Source: a virus
Length of the DNA stretch: 64,000 nt
IMG/VR virus record: IMGVR_UViG_3300035088_000014
Coordinates: 5,389-69,388 of that record
Direction: 5' to 3' (one strand)
Shown piece after piece: positions 1 to 10,186 of this stretch. Position 1 is the stretch's first letter, and each line of letters starts with the position of its first letter. The notes beneath the pieces were generated by a model. That model saw only the letters and a program-made list of their open reading frames with translations. It searched no databases and was not told the DNA's origin. Made by a program: the position numbers and the translations under genes.

Positions 1-164
1 ATCCACGAAGAGTTTTTTCAGGGATGTGGATTTTGCTTCACGCGAAATCCAGGCTATCGCAAGCGCGTCAAAGACGTGGCCGATGGACAATTCTGTAGTT
101 TTGATTGCTTCGACCTTGACGAAACAGGTGTTCCCGACGGCAACTACGTTGAAGCGGTGGCCCG

Positions 165-425
165 ATGAGAACGCGCTCCAAGCCTCGGGTCACACGCCGC
201 AGGAAGTTTCTACCTGAGGACCGCCCGACAAAGCTACAGCGCTGCATGGTGAAGTTTGCCACCTGGGAGCTGATCAACAAGCTTGCCGGCGACTGGGGCG
301 TAGGAGCCGGAATCGACGCGCTGGCCGAAATGGCAGAATTACTGATGCAGCGCGAACGCGAGCAGATTGCGACCGTGAATCTATCGAGCGGTAAAAATCA
401 GGTGACACTGGAGATGTATAGGTGA
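165..425 (+). CDS. Hypothetical small basic protein, possibly DNA-binding
   Basis: 86-aa ORF, basic N-terminus then helices; stop overlaps next start. Confidence 0.5.
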   Translation: MRTRSKPRVTRRRKFLPEDRPTKLQRCMVKFATWELINKLAGDWGVGAGIDALAEMAELLMQREREQIATVNLSSGKNQVTLEMYR

Positions 426-691
426 GCGAGAGAGGACTTTTAGTGAAGTTTCCTGAGCACAAGTGCGGTCTACATCTGACGCACAACGAACACAAAGACG
501 TTTACGAGAAGCTGGAAGAAAAGCTTCAGGACGATTACTACAAAGACATGACACCGGAAGACCGCGCTGAATGCCTACGAACCGACAGCCTCTGGACACT
601 GCATTGGTATCCAAATACGCCGGTGGGTTTCATTGTCGTTCACGGCCCAACACTGGAGCGCGTACTAGAGCTGGCTGCTTCCGCTGGTTAG
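422..691 (+). CDS. Hypothetical phage protein
   Basis: GTGA-coupled to previous ORF; W-x-L-x-W-Y-P-x-T-P-V-G-F motif looks like a conserved small phage protein. Confidence 0.7.
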   Translation: MSERGLLVKFPEHKCGLHLTHNEHKDVYEKLEEKLQDDYYKDMTPEDRAECLRTDSLWTLHWYPNTPVGFIVVHGPTLERVLELAASAG

Positions 692-907
692 CATCCTTCC
701 CCGTGTTTCACCTTAGCTAGCTGAGTCTTTAGCTCAAATGTGTTGCTATTTGAACAGCAATAAAGCTACTGTTGCTGTGCACTCCCCCCAGGAAACAGAA
801 GTTTTTGTAGCTCGAATGGCTTCAGATAACCGCGTTCCCGCCTCGGGGAACCTGACACGCGCAGTGGTCTTTGAACGGTGTCTCGCCGTGTACCTCCAAA
901 AAAATTT

Positions 908-1327
908 ATGCCAAGAAATAATCGCATCCACGAGGACGTGTGGGATTCTTCTTCCTTGAGCGTCCTGTTTCCCGCCTCACGCTCGAAAGTGAAGACTATG
1001 CTCGCAACAGGCGAGGTGGTCTCATTCTGTAAACGTTGCGGCCTTACCGGTATCTCGGAAACTCACAAGAGCCTTCTGGCTGCCGGTAAGCGCTGCAAAG
1101 GCGAGCGCCAGCCACACGATCTGAGCTACAAGGTCACACCGACATTCCGCGACGTGGACCAGACGCCGGCGGCAATTACGGCAAACGAGATGCGGGCCCT
1201 AGTCGGATTGAAGTCAAAGCAGGCGCAGAAGGCGGCAAGGATCAAAGTGGATGCCTGGCAGCAATGCGGGATGAATCTGAGAGTCCTTCCGGCGCCGCAA
1301 CCTTTTAGCGCCATGTCACCAGCATGA
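908..1327 (+). CDS. Hypothetical protein with CxxC
   Basis: ORF 878-1327, first ATG at 908; CKRCG. Confidence 0.55.
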   Translation: MPRNNRIHEDVWDSSSLSVLFPASRSKVKTMLATGEVVSFCKRCGLTGISETHKSLLAAGKRCKGERQPHDLSYKVTPTFRDVDQTPAAITANEMRALVGLKSKQAQKAARIKVDAWQQCGMNLRVLPAPQPFSAMSPA

Positions 1328-1339
1328 AAAGGAGAAGTC

Positions 1340-1657
1340 ATGTTTGAGTATTTGAACCCTGCAGATAAGCCGGTCGTCGAAGGACTGGAAAAATTTGAAG
1401 TCGTCTACGCCAAAGACCAACCGGAATATCTCCCGCTGCGCACATTGGCCGCAAATACCAGCGAACGTCAAGTTATGTCGCGCTGGAGCTTCACCGATGA
1501 GCAACGCAAAGCCATTGCCGAAGGCGCGGACATCTACCTCACGCTGATGACCTTTTGTGGCCCGCTGCAGCCGATCACGATTGCGGTTGCCGACAAAATG
1601 AATCCCGATTACTTCAGGCACAGATTCAACCTGCCCGCAGAGCCGTGTCCCGCTTAA
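1340..1657 (+). CDS. Conserved hypothetical phage protein
   Basis: AGGAG RBS; AKDQPEYLPL motif. Confidence 0.75.
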   Translation: MFEYLNPADKPVVEGLEKFEVVYAKDQPEYLPLRTLAANTSERQVMSRWSFTDEQRKAIAEGADIYLTLMTFCGPLQPITIAVADKMNPDYFRHRFNLPAEPCPA

Positions 1658-1895
1658 AATCACCGAATATGGGCACAGCGATCCAGAACGTGCGGTACGA
1701 AACGCTTCATGCGGACACACCGCGCGAAGTGGTGAACGAAGCGGTCTGCAGTCTTTGTGAACAGCCTTATTTGAAAACACGCGGCGACATCGGGATCTGC
1801 GGAAGAAAGCTGTGTAGAGATGCCTACGCAAAGAACGACGGTCTGCAGCGCAGGAATCAGCGCAGGTTGGCGCCGAGACGGCCGTACGTGATCCA

Positions 1896-2231
1896 GTGGA
1901 AGCCGTGACCGACCGAGAAGTAGTAACCTGCCCGCACTGCCAGCTCAAGCAGTTCATGACGGTATCTGGAAGCTGCCGCAAGTGTCGCGGAGTGCTGAAC
2001 GCTCCGAAGTTTGAGAAGTCAGCGCCGACTTTAGTTACACCTAAACTTCTCGCGACTCCCCGACCAGCGCCGATTGCAAAGCCAGTGAAGAGACACGACC
2101 GCCTGGTGCGCAGAGCCCGGGCTGGTGCTCTGGCCGAGTTCAAAGCCGCAAAGACAATGGCGGAAAAGCGTGCGGTTATTCGTTGGTATCTGAGCAACGA
2201 GAATGCCCCTTACATTCCAGCAACTGTGTGA
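1896..2231 (+). CDS. Zinc-ribbon protein
   Basis: CPHC...CRKC pair; start uncertain. Confidence 0.6.
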   Translation: MEAVTDREVVTCPHCQLKQFMTVSGSCRKCRGVLNAPKFEKSAPTLVTPKLLATPRPAPIAKPVKRHDRLVRRARAGALAEFKAAKTMAEKRAVIRWYLSNENAPYIPATV

Positions 2232-2558
2232 GCTCGCGAACCGGGTTGCAACCAGCTACAAGCTGCCAGCCGACGTGGCCCGGTTAACCGGACTGAGCGA
2301 GAAACGTGCTGAAGAGATTCTGCGAGAAGCGCAGCCCAAATGCTACAGCCAGCCGACAACAACTGCGGAGAATGCAACGAACCCGTAAAACTGGACGCGA
2401 GACAGCAGATTTTCTTTTATCCCAGCTCGGGCCACAAGGTCGTCAAGCTGAGAACCAAGAAGCCGACAGTAGCTTCTCCCGGTGTGTGGAAGCGGGTTTG
2501 CGGCCCTTGTCTGCTGAAACTCAGGCCGGAAACAAGATAGGCAGCATCTCAGGTGAAT

Positions 2559-2690
2559 ATGAGCAAACACACAGCTAAGGCGATCGCGACACTCGGAGCC
2601 GCTGGAATCTGCGGCTATCTGGAGTACATCACGCACGGCTATTCCGGTATCGGCTGGTTCTTGTTTGCCCTGTACGTAATCTGGTGCTGA
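2559..2690 (+). CDS. 43-aa two-TM membrane peptide (not in ORF track)
   Basis: Hand translation MSKHTAKAIATLGAAGICGYLEYITHGYSGIGWFLFALYVIWC; AGGTG RBS; fills the gap before 2692. Confidence 0.55.
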   Translation: MSKHTAKAIATLGAAGICGYLEYITHGYSGIGWFLFALYVIWC

Positions 2691-2691
2691 C

Positions 2692-2952
2692 ATGGCGATC
2701 CGCTCGACACGGTTGAAATGCTCGACGCACGGTGTTTGGCTGGTGCTGAACTCGCACATTGTTCACAAGGCCAGCGGCCCGGTAAAGATCGAGTTCTGGG
2801 AATGCCCACTGAATTGTGGGTACGTGAGAGCCAGAAAAGATCAGCTCAAACCGGTTAAGCGGCGAGTTGCGCCAACGTCGCACCGCAGCCTAAAGAAGAA
2901 AGCTCACGATCCGGTGACCGAGTTCGACAAACAATACTTTCTCAATTTCTAA
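2692..2952 (+). CDS. Hypothetical Zn-binding protein
   Basis: CSTH...CPLNC. Confidence 0.55.
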   Translation: MAIRSTRLKCSTHGVWLVLNSHIVHKASGPVKIEFWECPLNCGYVRARKDQLKPVKRRVAPTSHRSLKKKAHDPVTEFDKQYFLNF

Positions 2953-2992
2953 ACGGTAAATCCCAGCGGACATAATTGCCGCTTCGGGTCAG

Positions 2993-3023
2993 GCGGGTCG
3001 TTCAGAGCGGCCCGCTTTGTTTT
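2993..3023 (+). terminator. Probable intrinsic terminator
   Basis: GCGGGTCGTT-CAG-AGCGGCCCGC then TTTGTTTT. Confidence 0.55.
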
Positions 3024-3031
3024 CCATTTCC

Positions 3032-3220
3032 ATGAAAATCCTTCTTCTCGCTCTCTGCTTATCGGCGGCAGGCTGTCACAAGTACGAGCAGAGATTCGAC
3101 CTGCCGCATGAAGTCTTTGTCCACGTCGATCCCCGCGACTGCAAGCTGACCGATCCGGTGCACCGCGTCTGGCACTGCAAAAACGCTGACCTGATGCCGA
3201 AGAACGTAGAGGCGAAATAA
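3032..3220 (+). CDS. Small lipoprotein
   Basis: MKILLLALCLSAAG-C lipobox-type signal. Confidence 0.65.
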   Translation: MKILLLALCLSAAGCHKYEQRFDLPHEVFVHVDPRDCKLTDPVHRVWHCKNADLMPKNVEAK

Positions 3221-3225
3221 AACTT

Positions 3226-3762
3226 ATGAGTTCAAACGGTTGGATTGGTGTCGATCTCGACGGCACCCTCGCACATTACGACGGCTGGAAAGGCGCTGAT
3301 CACATCGGCGCACCGATACCAGCAATGGTTGAGCGCGTCAAAGGTTGGCTGACTGAAGGTAAGACGGTCAGGATTTTCACCGCGAGAGTTTACTGCCCAC
3401 CGGAACCCATGGCCCCATGGCTATTCGAACGTCTCAATGGCCCGGGATGCGACAGTCCGGCATCATTCGCGACCGTAAAAGGCGTTTACGAGACTTGGTT
3501 GAAACGCTGGAACGAAACCATGAACGCAAGGTCGGCCATTCAGGTGTGGTGTGATCAACACCTTGGCCAAGTATTGGACATCACCAACGTCAAGGATTAC
3601 GGAATGATCGAACTCTGGGATGACCGGGCGGTTCGTGTGGTTCTGAATACTGGAGAGCCCTGCTGCAATGGTGACATTGAGATTGACTCCAAGGGCAATA
3701 TCTCAGGCGATCCAAAAGCCATAGAGTTTCTTAAATATCTGCCGCCTTTCAGAAGCAAGTAA
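3226..3762 (+). CDS. HAD-superfamily phosphatase (polynucleotide kinase phosphatase-like)
   Basis: Motif I VDLDGT, motif II FTAR, K and WDDR motifs. Confidence 0.8.
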   Translation: MSSNGWIGVDLDGTLAHYDGWKGADHIGAPIPAMVERVKGWLTEGKTVRIFTARVYCPPEPMAPWLFERLNGPGCDSPASFATVKGVYETWLKRWNETMNARSAIQVWCDQHLGQVLDITNVKDYGMIELWDDRAVRVVLNTGEPCCNGDIEIDSKGNISGDPKAIEFLKYLPPFRSK

Positions 3763-3768
3763 CCTACC

Positions 3769-4191
3769 ATGCACATACGAATTGAGCGCAGGGAATACAC
3801 CGCGCACTCGACCATCGGCCATCTCTACATTGACGGCGAGTTTCAGTGCTACACGCTTGAACCGGTGTGGCGACTGGATGAAGTCAAGCCTCGCGCCATC
3901 CCGCCCGGGACCTACTCGCTGACGCTGCGCTACTCGCCCAAGCATCACGCCTCAGTACCACATGTTGAGAACGTGCCGGGATTCGAAGAGATTGAACTTC
4001 ACCCCGGCAACTATCCGAAAGACACACTGGGCTGCACGTTGATCGGCAAGCTCTACTCACCGACGACACCGGACTTCATTGGCGAGAGCCAGATGGAATT
4101 CCATGAGCTGATGGAGAAGTTGAATCCGGTGTGGGATGCCAAAGGAACTATTGACATCACTTACGTGAACAGCCCGAAAGCGAGCGTATGA
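3769..4191 (+). CDS. DUF5675-like protein, candidate endolysin
   Basis: CYTLE, IPPGTY, IELHPGN..DTLGCTLIG motifs; next to holin-like gene. Confidence 0.75.
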   Translation: MHIRIERREYTAHSTIGHLYIDGEFQCYTLEPVWRLDEVKPRAIPPGTYSLTLRYSPKHHASVPHVENVPGFEEIELHPGNYPKDTLGCTLIGKLYSPTTPDFIGESQMEFHELMEKLNPVWDAKGTIDITYVNSPKASV

Positions 4192-4421
4192 ACGAAAAAC
4201 TAACGCCCCTACAAAAGAAGCTCTTCAACTTCGCGCGCACCGCCGACCAATTGAACACCGAGTTGCGTACTCATCGCTACGCCAACGCGACCGAAGACGA
4301 ACGCGCATTGATCGCGGCCAGCAGCGAACTGCGTGCGTACTTCAGCATCATGGCCAGAAAAGCTGAAGGCGTGGCTTCCAGGCTGGGAGTTGTTGCGCGG
4401 AAACCGGAGAAAACGGCATGA
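4188..4421 (+). CDS. Hypothetical protein
   Basis: ATGA-coupled on both sides. Confidence 0.65.
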   Translation: MNEKLTPLQKKLFNFARTADQLNTELRTHRYANATEDERALIAASSELRAYFSIMARKAEGVASRLGVVARKPEKTA

Positions 4422-4633
4422 GCTTCTGGAAAGACCATTTTGACCACATCCTGCTTTCCATCCTCGGTGTTGTTGGCGCCAGCGCCGGTATCTGGTGCGC
4501 GGTCCATCATCTCGACAAGCCGAGCGAGTGGTGCTTCGTAGAAGCTGCCGCTGCTGTCTCCGCTCTCTTTATGCGCATGAACGGCCAGAGGACAGCCCCA
4601 AACGTCCAGGGGCCGGAAAGCCCAAAAGTTTAG
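4418..4633 (+). CDS. Putative holin
   Basis: 71 aa, two hydrophobic segments, polar C-tail, lysis context. Confidence 0.55.
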   Translation: MSFWKDHFDHILLSILGVVGASAGIWCAVHHLDKPSEWCFVEAAAAVSALFMRMNGQRTAPNVQGPESPKV

Positions 4634-4665
4634 TTCCAAAAATTGAATCAGGAGAAAAAGTATCC

Positions 4666-5082
4666 ATGTCGTTCCTTTCAGCATTCAGCTTCAAAAACCT
4701 CGGTCACTACATTGCGGTTGCGGCTCGCGACATCGTGAAAGCTGCTCCAGTCATCCAGAAAGAAATCCAGGTCGCAGGCGACATTGCCAGCATCGTTTAC
4801 CCGGAAGCAGCGCCAGCAGCTTTGGAGCTTGAACGCGCCAGCAATGCGGCGCTCGGCTTTGTGGTCGATGCCGCGCAGCACATTAACGCCGTGTCAGATG
4901 GCACGAACACTCTGACTATTCAGGGGCTGACAGCGGCCGAGGTTACGGACTTCAAAAATCTGGCGACCTACTTCAAGGCCCACGCTTACCAGAGCGGAGT
5001 CATCCTTCCGCAGACCACGGCGCCTACACCAAACGCGCCCAAACCCGCGACCCAAGACGTAGCCGCAAACGCTGTCGGTTAA
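4666..5082 (+). CDS. Hypothetical Ala-rich protein in lysis region
   Basis: AGGAG upstream of ATG 4666 within ORF 4495-5082. Confidence 0.6.
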   Translation: MSFLSAFSFKNLGHYIAVAARDIVKAAPVIQKEIQVAGDIASIVYPEAAPAALELERASNAALGFVVDAAQHINAVSDGTNTLTIQGLTAAEVTDFKNLATYFKAHAYQSGVILPQTTAPTPNAPKPATQDVAANAVG

Positions 5083-5223
5083 GACATTGCAGGCGGCTGA
5101 GGTTAAGCCCAAGGCCGTCTGCATCTGTGACTACACCGCAAGAAAAGACCGCTACGGCCAGACCTACCTTGTTCGCAAGACCGAACCGAAATGCCAGCAG
5201 CACGGCAGCAGGGCAACTGAAGC

Positions 5224-5541
5224 ATGAAGAAGCTTTTTAAGGCAGTGGTTATTGAAGTTCTCTCCCAAGACAACAAGCGCGTTCTATCTCGTCACCGGTT
5301 CGTAGCCGACGAGGGCAACAAGAAAGTCCGGTTCACCGAGCATGGCGTCGATCAGGTGATAAACACCTTCATTACTAAGTTCGAGACGGACAATCCAGGC
5401 CATCAATACCGATTGGCTGAATTAGCCGGCGCAAAGTTCCGGCTCGTCTGGGGCGACCATGCGCCGGTGAGAAAGAGCAGCTATATCGCTGACGCTTTCA
5501 CCGATGCTCGCGCTGAGCAAGCGATGCTAGGTCTGCACTAA
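5224..5541 (+). CDS. Hypothetical protein
   Basis: 105-aa ORF in operon direction. Confidence 0.6.
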   Translation: MKKLFKAVVIEVLSQDNKRVLSRHRFVADEGNKKVRFTEHGVDQVINTFITKFETDNPGHQYRLAELAGAKFRLVWGDHAPVRKSSYIADAFTDARAEQAMLGLH

Positions 5542-5690
5542 AGATCATTCTGGCACTGGCAAACATCTTTATCTTCACGCCGTCCGCAGTGGATACAAAA
5601 TTCTTTTCTGATAGCGTCAAAGAACTCTTCTCGTTGCCGTTTGTCCATCCAGCGCATGACTTCGAGCGCGTCAAGTAGTTGCTGATGCAT
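5538..5690 (-). CDS. 50-aa Cys-rich antisense protein (not in ORF track)
   Basis: MHQQLLDALEVMRWMDKRQREEFFDAIRKEFCIHCGRREDKDVCQCQNDL; exactly fills the gap; extended -10 6 nt before ATG. Confidence 0.6.
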   Translation of the reverse strand: MHQQLLDALEVMRWMDKRQREEFFDAIRKEFCIHCGRREDKDVCQCQNDL

Positions 5691-5707
5691 AGCCCAAATC
5701 TAACACA

Positions 5708-7645
5708 ATGAAAAAACTTCTCTCTCTCCTGCTACTCGTGTCCTCCTACGCCTTTGGCGGCACGGTGACTGGTCAAATCACTACGGCCACATCTGGCCCG
5801 ATCATCAACGGTACTTTAACACTCACGCCAACCCAGGCTTTCGTCGTTACCGGCACGGCAACGGTAGTTTCCTCCGCAGTGGCTTGCTACACCGACGCCT
5901 CAGGTAACGTGGTGGGCGAACCGAATCCCCTGGTCGCTCCGGTGGTCACACCGAATACCGGAAGCGGTACGCTGACGGCAGGAACCTACTTCACACGGTT
6001 TGCATATCAGGATGCGACCGGGGCCACGTTCTATTCCTTTGAGACGACCACAATCCTTACCTCGACCGGCAGCCTAATCGTTACCGCGCCCGTAAAGCAG
6101 CCCGCGACGGCGACAGGGTACAAAGTATTCATCTCGACCAGCTCAAACACAGAGACGCTACAGGGCACCGTTACCGGTACACCGGGAACATGGGCGAACT
6201 ACACGCAGAGCGTTCCGCTGGTTGCTGGATCCGCTCTACCTGTTTCGAACACTACCGCATGTAAGCCGTATTTCAGCGATGAGGGCATACCGGGATTCTC
6301 CTACCTCGTCGGCCTGTCCAACTCGTCCGGCTCGAACATCTCTGGCTTTCCTCAGCGTTGGCGACTATTCGGTGGCTCGGCTGGAACCGTAAACCTCAGC
6401 CTGGGCATGCCTATTTCCGACGGCGTTGTGATTTATCCGCAACCGATCGTGACGACTCCGGCATTCAACTCACTGCAGAGTATTGCTGGGCCGATAAGCC
6501 TGAATGGATTTGGGCTGACTGCGGGAAACGTAACGGCGAGTGGCAACGTTTCAGTCAGTGGTAAGTTCAGCAGTTCGTATGTCGGTACCACTGACGGGAC
6601 ATTTACCGCAGGCCCCATAAACACTACGGTGTCGTCTGGGTTCATAAACTCAATGACTCAGACCAATCAGTTTGCGCACGGGTTTGCCGACGAAGCTAAC
6701 GTCGCACTTACTCCTGCCGCTGGAGGGTATGCGTCTTTTAGCGCGGCTCCAGCATTCAATTTGACGACAAATACCAACCACTACAACGGCTATCAGTTCT
6801 TTCCAACATTGAGCGGCTCCGGTGTACTTACATCGCTGATCGGCTCTGAGTCTGCACCGGTAATTAACACTTCATCTCCAGTCACGGAATTGGATGATTT
6901 TTATGTGCAAGATGCAAGCGGGACTGGAGGCATAACGCTCCATCGCGGACTTTTCATCGGCCCACTCGCCAAAGCCTCTACCAACTTTGGGTTTGTCGTT
7001 CAAACACCCAGTATTATTGGCTATACCTTGGCGACTGGCAATCAGTTGCAGATACTCTCAGAGGCAGCACCGGCCAGCGGGAATGCACCGGCCCAGCTTC
7101 ACGTTGCAGGCGCAACTAACCCTAACGAACAATTAAGACTTGGATTCGATACAACTTCCCTCGTTGGCACAATTCAGGCTGAAATCTCAGGTACCAGTTT
7201 TAATCCGTTGGCTCTTCAGCCAAATGGCGGCAATACTCTGGTCGGAACAAAGACAGATTGCGGGAAAGCGTTATGCGTAAACGGGGCCGCTTCAGCAGCG
7301 ACATATTCAACTAACGCAAATTGTTCAGCGGTAGGAACGGCGGCCAGTCCTTCGGTAGCATCTTGCGGGGCAGCGGCAGCGGGGCAATTCTCCTGCGCGA
7401 CCAACGCGACTGGCGCAACCTGCCAGGTAAACACCACAGCGGTGACCGCCAACAGCGAGATATTTGTTTTTGAATCGGATACGGCAGCGACCGGAACTCG
7501 CTTAGGCGTTACGTGCAACACTGGAACCACAGTTAATCCGGCAACGCGGCTTCTAGCATCAAGCGTGGCGGGAGCCAGCTTCACGATCAACCTGGGAACG
7601 GTGACCACGAACCCGGCGTGCTTCAGCTATCACATTGTGAATTAG
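5708..7645 (+). CDS. Tail fibre/structural-like beta-rich protein with Sec-type signal peptide
   Basis: T/G/S/A-rich; LALQPNGGN fibre-like motif; N-terminus MKKLLSLLLLVSSYAFG. Confidence 0.65.
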   Translation: MKKLLSLLLLVSSYAFGGTVTGQITTATSGPIINGTLTLTPTQAFVVTGTATVVSSAVACYTDASGNVVGEPNPLVAPVVTPNTGSGTLTAGTYFTRFAYQDATGATFYSFETTTILTSTGSLIVTAPVKQPATATGYKVFISTSSNTETLQGTVTGTPGTWANYTQSVPLVAGSALPVSNTTACKPYFSDEGIPGFSYLVGLSNSSGSNISGFPQRWRLFGGSAGTVNLSLGMPISDGVVIYPQPIVTTPAFNSLQSIAGPISLNGFGLTAGNVTASGNVSVSGKFSSSYVGTTDGTFTAGPINTTVSSGFINSMTQTNQFAHGFADEANVALTPAAGGYASFSAAPAFNLTTNTNHYNGYQFFPTLSGSGVLTSLIGSESAPVINTSSPVTELDDFYVQDASGTGGITLHRGLFIGPLAKASTNFGFVVQTPSIIGYTLATGNQLQILSEAAPASGNAPAQLHVAGATNPNEQLRLGFDTTSLVGTIQAEISGTSFNPLALQPNGGNTLVGTKTDCGKALCVNGAASAATYSTNANCSAVGTAASPSVASCGAAAAGQFSCATNATGATCQVNTTAVTANSEIFVFESDTAATGTRLGVTCNTGTTVNPATRLLASSVAGASFTINLGTVTTNPACFSYHIVN

Positions 7646-7793
7646 GAAGCAGTAGCGCACAGGCGTAACCGCCAAGCAATATCATGCCGAAAAAGGCAAC
7701 AGCGCCGGCCCATACTTCGCCGAAGTAGAGTCCTGTGACGAGTCCGAAGGCCAGCGATCCTGCAAGCAGCATATAGTAATGGCGATAAGTCAT
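7623..7793 (-). CDS. Small antisense two-TM protein
   Basis: MTYRHYYMLLAGSLAFGLVTG... hydrophobic, in intergenic gap. Confidence 0.45.
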   Translation of the reverse strand: MTYRHYYMLLAGSLAFGLVTGLYFGEVWAGAVAFFGMILLGGYACALLLPNSQCDS

Positions 7794-7978
7794 TTTGATG
7801 TGAAATGGGGCTTTGGCCAAAGCCGCAGCCCATTCCCTTCCCCAAAAGAGCAAAAGAGGAAGCCGATGCGTAGCGGCTCTTAGATTGCTCTTAGGTAGAA
7901 AAATGAAGTGCTCTGCATTCTACCCCGACCATAGTTTTTTGCAACCAGAAAGAGCAACCCGGCTCGTAGCCGAAACCC

Positions 7979-8317
7979 ATGACCCACATGCCATCAACCC
8001 AGACATTTTTTACCGAGCACGTAAAACCGCACGCACCGACCTACATTACATCGGTGGCCACGAGTCTCCTGTTTCTCTCAACCATGATCTTCAACTATTC
8101 CGGCCAGTCGCAGCACGCCAAAGACGTGCAGACATCGCAGGGCGAGAAGATCGAACAGAACCAGCAGCAGATCAAAAGCCTTCAGGAGCAGCTCAACAAA
8201 GAGGGTAGCGTCGTCGCGGTCATCGGCCAGTTCAAAGAAGATACCACCAAGCGGCTGGACCGCATTGAGAGCCTGTTACTGCGCGATATTCACCTGAACC
8301 AGCAACCGGCTCACTAA
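7979..8317 (+). CDS. TM plus coiled-coil protein (lysis-associated type)
   Basis: One TM, Q-rich coil, RLDRIE motif. Confidence 0.6.
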   Translation: MTHMPSTQTFFTEHVKPHAPTYITSVATSLLFLSTMIFNYSGQSQHAKDVQTSQGEKIEQNQQQIKSLQEQLNKEGSVVAVIGQFKEDTTKRLDRIESLLLRDIHLNQQPAH

Positions 8318-8395
8318 GGCCCAAAGCGCTCTATTTCACCATAGCGCGTACAATTAAGACACCATCCCCTTTAAAGGAAACACGGGCCCCATACC

Positions 8396-9916
8396 ATGAA
8401 AAAGACCATCGTTTCGATCCTCGCTGCCATGTGTTTAATCACAGCAGCTACCGCTCAGGCTCCCTCAGCCGGCGGCCGTATTCTCGTCATGCGTTACGGC
8501 GCTTATAAACTCCAGAGCGGATCAGGATTTACCGGAACTGGCGCACAAACAGTCACCTTTCCAAGTTCTCAGTACTGCCAGTACGCCGTGGGGCAAAACA
8601 CCATCATCCCAATCGCTACCACCATCCCCTTGAAAATCGTGGATGCGGTCAGCGCGAACACCGAGACGGTGACGCCAAGCTCTGTTTCAGTCTCTGCCGG
8701 TGTGTGCAGCTTCACCGCGACCTTCAACAATGCCCACAGCTCTTTCTATGTGACGTCAGGAACCGGCGGCCTGCAGGAAGCGATGCTCGACAATCCGAAT
8801 GGCGGAATCTTCCTGCTGGACCAGAACTCGACCACGACCGACGCGAATATCAGAGCGGCAACCAGCTTTAATCCGTCTATCGTCATTGAAGACATGCGCG
8901 GATCGGTGAACGCAGGAATGGCGTCGCCGATCTACTGGCGCATGAGTCCGAGCGCGGTTACAGCTCTGGCCACACCGACACCAGCTCCTTTGCCGACGAC
9001 TACGACCGGGGCGCTGACCTCAAACGCTTACAAGGTGACGACCGCTTATGTTGACTGCCTGGGCGGAATAGCTAAAGACTCAACTGAATCAGCGGCCACC
9101 GCGACCACTACTGGTGTTGTGGTGCCGTCACCAGCGGCCAAGACTGGCGCCTGTGGCTGGTTGCCGCGCATCTCAAGCGCTGGTGGATCCGGCGACGAAG
9201 TTCTTGCCGCTTCGCCGCTGACGAATTCCATCTGCCAGCTCTCGACCATCGAGACGGTAATTCCGGCCTGCGCGATCGGCTCGGCTGCAACCATCATTGC
9301 CAATCCTTCAGGCACGGCAAAGCCGAGTGTTGAGTCGAACGCTTTCTCGACCTATACGCTCCAGGCGTTCAACTCTTTGCCGCCTCCGGTGATGATGAGC
9401 TACCCGTTCGGTACGTTCGTAGCCTCGGCCACGCTGAATAACTCGACCGCTGACGTTGCACAGCTCGGCCCATTCCCGGCAGGTTATTTCAACCGGCTTA
9501 ATGGAGAGTGGAATCTGTGCATGAAGGGCGCGACGGCTACGGCGGTCGCTTCATCGGTTCTTGTGGTCAAGTTGCTTGCGGCTAATGAGTACGCGCAATC
9601 TCCAGTCACACTTTCGACGATCACTATGCCAACGCAGACGCGCGCGGCCGCTGGAACAGTACAGGGCTGCTGGCGTGTCCAGGTAGCCGCTACCGGCTCA
9701 TCCGGGACGTTCTGGGTAGGCGATATGGGGCCGTGGATAGAATTTTTGAATACCACGCCGTCAACTCAGGGTATCTCGGCTGATGCCTCTGCGGCTGCTT
9801 CAAGCGCGGTCGATCTGACCAAGAGCGTTTACCTGTCCATCAACTATCTGGAAACGGCCAGCCAGAATCTGACCGTGCCCATAGTTAACAGTGTTTCGCT
9901 GGTACAAGTCCGGTAA
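8396..9916 (+). CDS. Beta-rich structural-like protein with Sec-type signal peptide
   Basis: MKKTIVSILAAMCLITAATAQA; T/A/S-rich with several Cys. Confidence 0.65.
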   Translation: MKKTIVSILAAMCLITAATAQAPSAGGRILVMRYGAYKLQSGSGFTGTGAQTVTFPSSQYCQYAVGQNTIIPIATTIPLKIVDAVSANTETVTPSSVSVSAGVCSFTATFNNAHSSFYVTSGTGGLQEAMLDNPNGGIFLLDQNSTTTDANIRAATSFNPSIVIEDMRGSVNAGMASPIYWRMSPSAVTALATPTPAPLPTTTTGALTSNAYKVTTAYVDCLGGIAKDSTESAATATTTGVVVPSPAAKTGACGWLPRISSAGGSGDEVLAASPLTNSICQLSTIETVIPACAIGSAATIIANPSGTAKPSVESNAFSTYTLQAFNSLPPPVMMSYPFGTFVASATLNNSTADVAQLGPFPAGYFNRLNGEWNLCMKGATATAVASSVLVVKLLAANEYAQSPVTLSTITMPTQTRAAAGTVQGCWRVQVAATGSSGTFWVGDMGPWIEFLNTTPSTQGISADASAAASSAVDLTKSVYLSINYLETASQNLTVPIVNSVSLVQVR

Positions 9917-9942
9917 CAAGCTTACGAACACCTCTCCTCGGT

Positions 9943-9969
9943 AGGGGGCCAGAAATGGCTCCCTTTTTT
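9943..9969 (+). terminator. Intrinsic terminator
   Basis: AGGGGGCCA-GAAA-TGGCTCCCT then T run. Confidence 0.8.
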
Positions 9970-9991
9970 ATTGCTATCAAAAAGGAATCCC

Positions 9992-10183
9992 ATGCCAGCC
10001 ATGAACGCGACAACGACCTCGGCTCCCTTGCAACTTGAGGGCGCAAACAAAATGAAGAGCGCTCCCAAAAAGAAAAAGACGATGGGCCAGCGCATGATCG
10101 GCAGGCGCGATCCCGATGCAGCCGTCGAGGGAACGTCGAAAGACAAATCCCGCTTCGAAGGAACCTCCAAGGACAGGTATTAA
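9992..10183 (+). CDS. Small basic protein
   Basis: AAGGA RBS; EGTSKD repeated twice. Confidence 0.5.
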   Translation: MPAMNATTTSAPLQLEGANKMKSAPKKKKTMGQRMIGRRDPDAAVEGTSKDKSRFEGTSKDRY

Positions 10184-10186
10184 CCC

